Shown here piece after piece: positions 55,376-64,000 of a stretch of 64,000 nt of DNA. The DNA is from Octopus sinensis (Eukaryota). The stretch is from NCBI RefSeq assembly GCF_006345805.1, contig NC_043012.1:12400001-12464000 (forward strand), given 5' to 3'. A program made the translations under genes and the position numbers. The notes beneath the pieces were generated by a model. It was not told the origin of the DNA. It saw nothing but the letters and a program-made list of their open reading frames with translations, and did not search any database. Positions within the stretch are counted from its first letter, which is position 1; each line of letters opens with the position of its first letter.

Positions 55376-55984
55376 TTAATATTTGTAGCAATGAAGATGC
55401 AGTAGATGACGGCTCTAAGCATAATTATAGTTGGATCACACTTATTCACAAGCCGGGCAGTATTGCCGTGTCATTAAAACTATATTCTAAATGAGTTGAT
55501 TACACTTTTGTCACTAGAGCTCATTGACAGTGATGATTTAATGTATTATTCGTTTCTATCCCACAGGGACCAATATCATTGAGAAATGTAAGATCGATCA
55601 ACAACCGAAGAGATGCATACTAAATACATTTATTTATTCTGATGTAGCATACACAAGTGTGCTGTACATCATTTGTTTTATGAATACAGATGCCAACACC
55701 AATATAAATTCAATTGTCACTTCTAGATATGTGTCACCATTAACCAAGGATAGCTGTTTATTGTACCACCATCAAAATCATTCTCTCCATTAGATGTATT
55801 CAACGTAAAAACATTTAGAATTTCTTTTTGTTTCGTTCCGTCGTTTAGTTTGCTTGCATAGGTGATTCTGTAACTGTAATTGATTCTCACAAACTATTAC
55901 ACCTACCTGACGTTGCCAGGTTTAATATATTCTATCGTTACTGACACAGGATGCGCTTTGCTGAACTTTCTGTCTAAGTTCCAA

Positions 55985-56165
55985 ATCAATTTGCGCCATC
56001 TTTGCCAGATTCGAAACTCACAGCGTTATCCACATGCTGTTGCACTTCCACCAATAAAGAAGTCCTTCTACGGTGGAAGCTTTTCCTCACGAACTACCAG
56101 GCTTTGCAATTTTCTTCTACCTCATTGTTTTCCTCGTTGCTTTCAACTCTAAACAAAAATGAACT
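55985..56165 (+). mobile_element. LINE (CR1/Jockey-like) ORF2 3' end relic
   Basis: RNSQRYPHAVALPPIKKSFYGGSFSSRTTRLCNFLLPHCFP resembles the C-terminal HPY...F..SFxxRTxxLWNxLPxxxFP motif. Confidence 0.6.
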
Positions 56166-58054
56166 TCTCTCAGCTGAATTTACCATCTTCTTTTTAGTCC
56201 CTCACACTAAGTTGCTCCTCGTCTTGCTTGGAACTTTCTTAAATAAAAATGAAGATATTTATCCTAAGCAAAGTATGTAATTAGGTTTCGTTTTTCTAAT
56301 ATCTATTTTATTTTATAACTAGTTATTTGAGTGTATGCCATGAGCGCTGGAGTTAATCCCCAAACGAACTTTGTTTTACAAACATCAAAGCATACCAGCA
56401 ATACGTTCATACGCTTCTTTACTCAGCAACATACTTAATTTTTATGATGTTTGTATTTGAGACGATCACTTTTCAACGACGTGATATTGAGTTCAGTCCC
56501 ATTACGTGGCATCTCTGGTACTCTAGCCTCGAGCCGACCACTACCTTGTGGCAGACACTATGTATAACCTGTAGTATAAATTTACATACATACATACATA
56601 CAGACAGACTCACAGACATTAGATTGATAGGTAGATAGATAGATAATAGAATGGCAGATAAATATATGTTGTGTGTGTCTTTATATCTGTACTTGGCCCC
56701 CTCACTGTAATCGATTTTTTCCTTCCATCAAAAATCGTTGACCTTGAACACTGTTAGGGATCAGCGTCCCTTCAGGAAGAATGACTGTAATTTTGGTCAC
56801 TTGCACATCATGGAAACCAGATAACCGGTCCTAAGAGCCTTGTAGCTTGACGAAAGAAATAATAAACAATACAATACTATGGCGCATTGAAGCACCTGCA
56901 CGTTATAGATATCTCTTCCTTGTGGGCATAAATCATTTCTAATTATCACTTTGATTGTTGTTACTGAGTTAATGCAATGCTGCGTTTTCAAACGTTGGGA
57001 TTATACTTCCGAATACTAGTCTACGATCTGCCGCCTGTTGTTGGAGGCATGCTCAATGTGTTAAGATGTAAATAAGCAACTTGTGTATAGTATCCATCCT
57101 CAATGTATCCTACATTGTTGGGTAGAAATATTGGTTATGCAAGTGATCGAATTCCGTGATTGGTAAAAGAAATAAATATTAGAAAGGTTGAATGATTTAT
57201 ACAGCAGAACTGATAGAAGGTGCAAACTGTCGATGGACATTAACAAGAAACACACACGAAGAGAAAGTAAAAAAAAAACTTATAACTCTTTTGGAAAATG
57301 TATGTACCAAGGGGAAGATGTCTAGAGAGAAACGATGGATTGTTAATCTAATGACTAAATAAAGGCTGATTGAATGTAATGTCAAATGAAAAAATTGCTG
57401 GATACATTGATAGATGGAAAAAATGAACAGACAGCTAGAGAGATATGAAAACGATTAGATAATAGAGTTAGTTGATGGACTCTCTCAGAATACGATACAG
57501 GAATAAATGACAAGAAAGAAATTTACTCGAATTGCTGTACGTCCAGAAGATCAGATGCTGTGACAGTATGTTTTTGTTAGTGGAATTGGTGCGTACCTTC
57601 TTACTGATATATATACACACTTTTTCGTAGCAAACAAAAGAAAGGTGTAAGAATGACGGGACAAATACGATGAGAACTTCATACATTGCTGGACCAAAAA
57701 TGTTTTTCAGATCCAGTTACAAATCTAATAGAAGTGAAGTGTTAGTTATTGAATCTATTGGTTAGATTTTCGATGACATCTAGCAACATGATTGTGATAA
57801 TATAATAGAGGTGCGTGTCTGTAGAGAAGATTCTTCTGATGAGAATCAGTTGGAGAAGATCCAATCGTTGACTGGGGGACAGATAATCAATAATGCACAC
57901 ACCTCCATTCACTCAACTAACATTCATAGAAAACTTGTCAGGAGAATAAAGGAATCGAAGAAAACAACTCTACACACAAAGACATAAATGGAACCATGAA
58001 AAAATACTTATACCTACATACAGCTAAACCAAATACACGCGTATAAGTATTGGC

Positions 58055-58146
<92 letters not shown>

Positions 58147-58526
58147 TATGTATGTATGTATATATATAATGCGTGTGTAGGTATGTATATAATACACAAG
58201 TGACGTATTGATTGGTATTCAAGATAATGTGTTTAAAGTCGTTCGACAGCAGACAGACAATTCTGTGAAAAAAGATCGATTTTTGTTCCGTTGTCATAAA
58301 ATGGTAGAGGACTCTTGCTGCTTTTGCTTAAGATTTCTTAAGATTTAAAGAAAACTGCTATGCGAATATACATGCAGACACACATATGTATATCTTTCTC
58401 TATCTCTCTGTCTCTGTCCCTCCCTCTCACTCTCTTAAACTCTCCCCCCTCTCTCTCTCTCTCTTTATATATATATATATATATATATTATTGAATGGAA
58501 GAAATGGAGTTGAACGAAGATTGTAC

Positions 58527-58638
58527 AGAATTCCTTTTATTACATTCTACACATGTGTCAAAGGCCACAAATTTCCAAATTCTGATTAAATAAGGGTACC
58601 ATATTGTGGCTTTCTCATCAGGAAAAAACAGGAATTCC
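58527..58638 (-). ncRNA. Mirror hammerhead copy with a core mutation GAAA to GACA (A14C), predicted inactive
   Basis: Reverse complement of the right-arm motif, except position 58557, which maps to core A14. Confidence 0.7.
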
Positions 58639-58716
58639 GTTGGCAGAACAAAACAGAACAGAGGCGCAGCAATTCGTTCGAATTGCTGCGCCTCTGTTCT
58701 GTTTTGTTCTGCCAAC

Positions 58717-58828
58717 GGAATTCCTGTTTTTTCCTGATGAGAAAGCCACAATATGGTACCCTTATTTAATCAGAATTTGGAAATTTGTGGCCTTTGAAAC
58801 ATGTGTAGAATGTAATAAAAGGAATTCT
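58717..58828 (+). ncRNA. Type I hammerhead ribozyme (Penelope-pLTR-like), predicted cleavage after GUA at 58807
   Basis: CTGATGA 58734-58740; stem II GAAAGCCACAA/TTGTGGCCTTT (58741-58751 with 58785-58795, one A-C mismatch); GAAA 58796-58799; stem III AC-AUGU-GU; H17 = A58807; stem I TTC/GAA, internal loop, then GAATTCCT(G)TTT/AAAAGGAATTC. Confidence 0.8.
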
Positions 58829-59018
58829 GTACAATCTTCGTTCAACTCCATTTCTTCCATTCAATAATAATATTAAACTTCAATTATCCGGACCAACGCA
58901 CGGTTGCAACACCAAATGGTCTTATCTCCAACCGTGTATTTTCTGCTGTGATTTTTGCTACCCAGGTATCGGTTAAACTTTTGAATAATCTGTAACAAGA
59001 AAATTCATCTTTCTATTT

Positions 59019-59094
<76 letters not shown>

Positions 59095-59240
59095 TTCCGT
59101 TCATAGGGGTTAAATACCCAATATTTCTGCTGTTTCTACCGCTATACTACGTTCAAAATATTACATTCTTGTCAATAAAATACGAAACACATTCGAAGCT
59201 TCCAACGGTTTGTATACAAAATTTTGTTATACATTTTAAG

Positions 59241-59560
59241 ACTCCGCCGGTTACGACGACGAGGGTCCCAGCTGATACGATCAACGGAACAGCTTGCTCG
59301 TGAAATTAACGTGCAAATGGCTGAGCATTCCACAGACACGTGTACCCTTAACGTAGTTCTCGGGGATAATCAGCGTGACACAGAGAGTGACAAGGCTGAC
59401 CCTTTGAAATACAAGTACAACTCATTTTTGCCAGCTGAGTGGACTGGAGCAACGTGAAATAAAGTGTCTTGCTCAAGGACACAACGCGTCGCCGGGAATC
59501 GAACTCACAACCTTACGATCATGAGCCGAATGCCCTAACCACTAAGCCACGCGCCCTCAC
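59241..59560 (-). mobile_element. Full-length tRNA-derived SINE (family D/C-related)
   Basis: Reverse complement head gtgagggcgcgtggcttagtggttagggcattcggctcatgatcgtaaggttgtgagttcgattcccgg with clear A box and B box, then gtgtccttgagcaagacac and a tail ending gtcgtcgtaaccggcggagt. Confidence 0.9.
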
Positions 59561-59584
59561 TTGTTATACATACATACACACACG

Positions 59585-59618
<34 letters not shown>

Positions 59619-60344
59619 CTTCAATGTATTTATCTGTCACTTTCCTGTGTGTCCACCTGTCTGTCTGTTTCTCTCTCTGACTATCTGTTAGACTGTCTAT
59701 CTATATATCTACCTACCTATCTTCTTATTTAGGTTTCCTCTATACTTCAGGTGCGGAAGGATTTTACATAAGATGGAAGACATTTATGTGCTTACTCGTG
59801 TACACATACACACAAACACTCACAGACACACACATACACACTTACACACACACACATACACACACACCAATAGATGTATATCATAAAAACGAAGCAAATA
59901 TCTGTATATCAAATTCCACGACATAATACCTCGATTTATTACAAATATCTCCCCTTCCAGAAGATATTTCATAATCAGCGGCAATGAAAACTAGCATTAT
60001 ATGAGAATAGGACATAATCTTAAATAAATCAAGATTTCTCCAAAACGGAAATGCCATTAAAGAAAACAACACACTTATCTAGAGATTAGAGGACAGTCAT
60101 AAGTACTTGCTCTCCTCTCAACTGGTACCATAATATTCGTGACCAGCCTCCAACAGCCAAGTGATTTAGACATATACAACAATTCTTTTTGTCATGGAGC
60201 AGCTCTGAAATGCCATTTGTGAATTGCGAAATATCTCCAATTACTAAATTTCCGTTAAATCTAAACTTTACTTAAAAAAAAAAAAAAAACGAACAAAGAC
60301 ATAATAGTCATGTTTGGTAGGTTTTTGTTTTTTTGTTTTTCCAG

Positions 60345-60546
60345 TTTCAGCTCTTGAGCTGTGGCCATGCTGGGGCACCGCCATTGTGGTGAAAGAGTAC
60401 AGCAGGAATCACCACCCCCTGCCGGAGCCTCGTAGAGCTTTTAGGTGTTTTCGCTCAATAAACACACACAACGCCCAGTCTGAGAATCGAAACCGCGATC
60501 CTGCGACCGCGAGTCCGCTGCCCTAACCACTAGGCCATTGCGCCTC
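60345..60546 (-). mobile_element. Short SINE: family C head joined to a B-like 3' terminus
   Basis: Head reverse complement gaggcgcaatggcctagtggttagggcagcggactcgcgg. Terminus ggcggtgccccagcatggccacagctc, also seen at about 10325-10358 and 29945-29978. Confidence 0.8.
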
Positions 60547-61451
60547 TACATGTTTGATAGGTTTTTGATCAGAACTTTATTCGGCTGGCACTTCAATAGC
60601 GGTATCAAGCGGGAGAAAACTTGTCATAGGTGTAGGATAAAATCAATTCTTTCAAAATCAAAATTAACCAATAGGTTAGACGCACAAATTACATTTTATG
60701 TATACTCAAACGCAAATCGAATCTTTGTCTCAGATACTGTTTGACCGGAGCTATTTAACAGTCTGTAATTGTTGAACGAACATAGACACAAGGAGAAAAT
60801 GTGACCAGCTGACCTACATGTCTCTGAATGAGGTCATTTCATCTCTAACAGCACTACTGTAAAAGCGAAGTAGTGTATTACACATGACATTTAGGTGTTG
60901 TAAAGCCATAGAATTGTGTAAGCCCTGAAGACAAATCATATCTTAATAAAATATATACAAAGGAATTTTTATCCAATATTATCTTACTCAAGTATTACCA
61001 CGTAATATAGTAATATAATTTATTTTACTGCCGAAGGTAATCTGAATACAGTTTGACAGAATTTTCAGGAACAGCAGAAATCGGATTTGATCCTGTTTTA
61101 CAGACGTCGTAAAAGTCCAATGGTAAGTTCGTCAGTTTATGGAAGCTAGATCTGTTGGCATGGAAATTGTTATCCCTACAGCAGAAACCCTAGCGTAATT
61201 TTATCTTCTAAATATAACTGCACTCCACAAAGAATGTTAGCTTAAATATATAGAGTAAGGCAGAGGAATATCATAAATATTAGAACGTTGGCCTTGAAGT
61301 TTTAAGTTTATTCGGAATTCAAATTTTGCTGAAATTGAATTTTGTACGCCATCCTCCTGTTCACGTTGGATCGATAGATATAAATCATTCATATACTGAA
61401 CAGTATTTAAATAAATTATAATTCTCTTGTAATATAACTATTACATGTTAG

Positions 61452-61660
61452 TCGTCAAGTTGGCGGAATAGTTCCTACACTGGGCAAAATTCTTAGCGGA
61501 ATTTCGTCCGTCTTCACCTTTTCAGTTCAAATTTCTCCGAGGTCGACTTTGCCTTTCATTCTTTCGGTGTTGACAAAACACGCTGAGCACTGGGGTCGAT
61601 GTAATTGACTTACCCACTTCCCTGAACTTGCCTGCCTTGTGCCAAAATTTGAAACCAAAT
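61452..61660 (+). mobile_element. SINE family A
   Basis: ttggcggaatagtt...cttagcggaatttcgtccgtc...gttcaaatttctccgaggtcgactttgcctttcat...gagcactggggtcgat...ccttgtgccaaaatttgaaacc. Confidence 0.85.
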
Positions 61661-63355
61661 TTGAATTGATTTGAGCTCAGAAGAATTACCGAAAATTTTA
61701 CGGCATTATGTCACATTTTTCTGGACCTATCTACTATGGTATCGTTCAATCGGCAACATGTAATGGAGAAATGACCTTAAAACACGTACCCTGCATCTAA
61801 ATCGTATTTCCTCAACCTTTTATCCATTCAGTTCAGCAACCTTAATAGCGTTACTGAAAAAGGAGTGCAACCCGTAAGTATTTTCCTTACTTTACCATCA
61901 AGTTATATTTATTTTATTTTATTTTACATTGTAAATCTTAAAAAAAGTTACGATTCGTATCACTTGAAATTTTTTTTTAAAAAGTTACCATTCGTATCAC
62001 TTGAAATTTTGCAGTTCGTATTAGAACTATAGCTCTTTTATTTGAAATTGTTTCTTCGTAATTGCCTCCATGTTTATTAACTTTTATTCGTGTATTTTTT
62101 TCCTTTCTATCTTTATTTTTTTTTCTATTTTTATTTTTATTTTTACTCGTATTTACTTTTATTCGTATTCCTTTCGTTTTTATTCACACTTTTTTTAATA
62201 TATTATTAAAATAGTATTTGCAAATTTAATTTTATTTGGAACACTATATATAACTACCACAGGTTTTGTGAATTTTCGTATATTTTTGTGATTTTTATTC
62301 CTTAGTTTATTCGTGTAACTTTTATTTCTGTAACTTTATATCTTTATTTGAATTTTTATGTGAATGATGGCTTGTACTGTAGAGTCCAGCGGAACTAAAC
62401 ATGCCTAATTTAAACACACCTATTTTGCACATAATTATGGGATTTAAAAATTAAAATATAGTTTATTGTATTGAACGTTGATAAAGTTATAAGGGCCTGA
62501 TGATTGGGATGGCATCTTGAGAGGGGTTCCATGGAAACACGAAGTGGTTTAGGAACCCGAGGATGTACCTCATGAAACACGCGTAGCCAAGGAATAATAC
62601 AGTATTTAAAATTAAAAAAAAATTTTGGTGAGAAGTAAGGGTATACTATCTCTAAATTAAGATATATATATATATATAACACTGTGTGTGCTCGCGTTTA
62701 ACTGGAGGATGATCACATGATCCCATATGAAATTCATTAATGGGATCAGGATCCCTTACATTCTGAATCTAGAATCCCATCCTCCAATCCGTGCATTTCT
62801 CGTTTTCTTTCTTTCTGTCCTCTTTACATTTTACTAGCCCCTGTCCTCCATTCTTTCTCCCTTTTGCTCTTTCTTTCTCCTGTGTAATTTATCTTAAATG
62901 AAGAACTGTATTAGTGTTTCTGTTTTCCTATCACAATTTTCTTCTTTATTCTCTCGGTACATTTGCACTGCATCTAACTGTCTCTAGGGTTGCGTTTGAA
63001 ACTTCATTATCTTATTGAAAGTGAAAAGCATTCCGTAATCTCTCACCTTTTAAAGGATTAGGAATAGATTCCTTAAAGCAATTCTTTAACATTCCCAAGC
63101 TATAGATAGGATGAAGTGGCTCTTGAAAAATATTCTTACAACTAAAATCCTTCAATAACATCTCTTGTCAATTCACTATCTTTTCTCAGTATTCGATAAT
63201 ATTTTTCCAAAAGGGGAGACTATTTAGAAACATCATTTATTTTCAATAGTTTTGCTGTTGCTATTGTTGTTGTTGTCGTTAATACTGATGCTTTTGTTGT
63301 TGCTGTATCTTTATTATTGCTAAGACAGCTAGCTGGCAGAATCTTCAGCACGCCG

Positions 63356-63448
<93 letters not shown>

Positions 63449-63540
63449 TATATATATACACATATATATATATATACATATATGTATGCATATACATACA
63501 TATATATACATATATATATACATATACATATATGTATATG

Positions 63541-63572
<32 letters not shown>

Positions 63573-64000
63573 TGTATTGTGTGTATATTCTAAGCATGCC
63601 AATACCAAATTCAGAAGAAAATAAATGTCGTTGAAAGCAAAAGTGATCTCTAAATGATGGAGACTAAAACGGTTTTAATGAAGATTATCAAAAAATGTTA
63701 GTTCAGAATTTACGAAACGATAATTATTTACATTACAGACAATATGTTTTAACATTACTTTGCTGACAATGAAAATAATTATCATTCTTATAGTTACAAT
63801 AAATGGCTGACGATATGAGCATTTCTGATCACGAACAGAAATAGTGGCGGGGGTGCATCATATCCATGTTTTGAGAGTTATTGTTTGGGCTTTGGATAAT
63901 TCGCCTCTGGAAACATAGATGTTTCATTCGTCATCCTTAAACAAACCATATTCATGCATCCATTTTGCTTGAAGAAGATCCGCTATGGACTTATATGCTA

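Larger units (their letters stand above)
58486..58869. repeat. Near-perfect palindrome: 191-bp arms, TT spacer (58677-58678), one mismatch (G58557/A58798), next to (TA)n
   Basis: Arms compared by eye and consistent with the supplied mirror ORFs 58488-58751(-) and 58604-58867(+), which differ only at the spacer and at D/E. Confidence 0.97.

Noticed and set aside
57830-57870. CTGATGA at about 57836 as another hammerhead core
   Set aside because: No stem II followed by GAAA, and no UH or stem I partner.
58670-58686. gttcgaatt at the palindrome centre as a Pol III B box
   Set aside because: It lacks the terminal C of GTTCRANNC, and no A box is at a suitable distance.
58488-58867. Twin 87-aa ORFs on opposite strands
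   Set aside because: They mirror each other only because of the palindrome. They start at TTG and have no recognisable domain; the RNA structure explains the sequence better.
59485-59560. tRNA-like heads (also near 2640-2696, 28520-28587, 44280-44350 and 60470-60546) as tRNA genes
   Set aside because: They have A/B boxes but no intact acceptor or anticodon stems, and they continue into SINE bodies.

Overview
AT-rich, microsatellite-dense animal genomic DNA. The repeat landscape (tRNA-headed SINE families, (TA)n/(TAA)n tracts, Tc1/mariner relics) looks like a coleoid cephalopod, probably Octopus; this is inference. The only gene I can identify with confidence is the 3' end of a vesicular glutamate transporter (VGLUT, SLC17A6/7/8 family) on the + strand: penultimate exon 2095-2222 and last coding exon 3733-4014. 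Facing it tail-to-tail is an unidentified 180-codon minus-strand ORF (9295-9834) that starts exactly at a splice acceptor and has AATAAA downstream. The rest is intronic or intergenic: at least four SINE families, mellifera-, maT- and rosa-type Tc1/mariner relics, LINE relics and many simple repeats. Nearly all of the supplied ORFs are microsatellite artefacts. The main finding is a near-perfect 384-bp palindrome at 58486-58869 (191-bp arms, 2-nt spacer, one mismatch). Its right arm folds into a complete type I hammerhead ribozyme: CUGAUGA 58734-58740, 11-bp stem II, GAAA 58796-58799, self-complementary stem III, GUA cleavage site 58805-58807, bulged stem I, AATAAA. The single arm mismatch falls on catalytic-core A14 of the mirror copy. 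Older decayed palindromes at 10.5-11.0 kb, 34.2-34.5 kb and 7.4 kb carry relic hammerhead-like motifs, which suggests a family of fold-back, ribozyme-bearing, probably Penelope-derived elements. All RNA structures were derived by eye and need computational and experimental confirmation.
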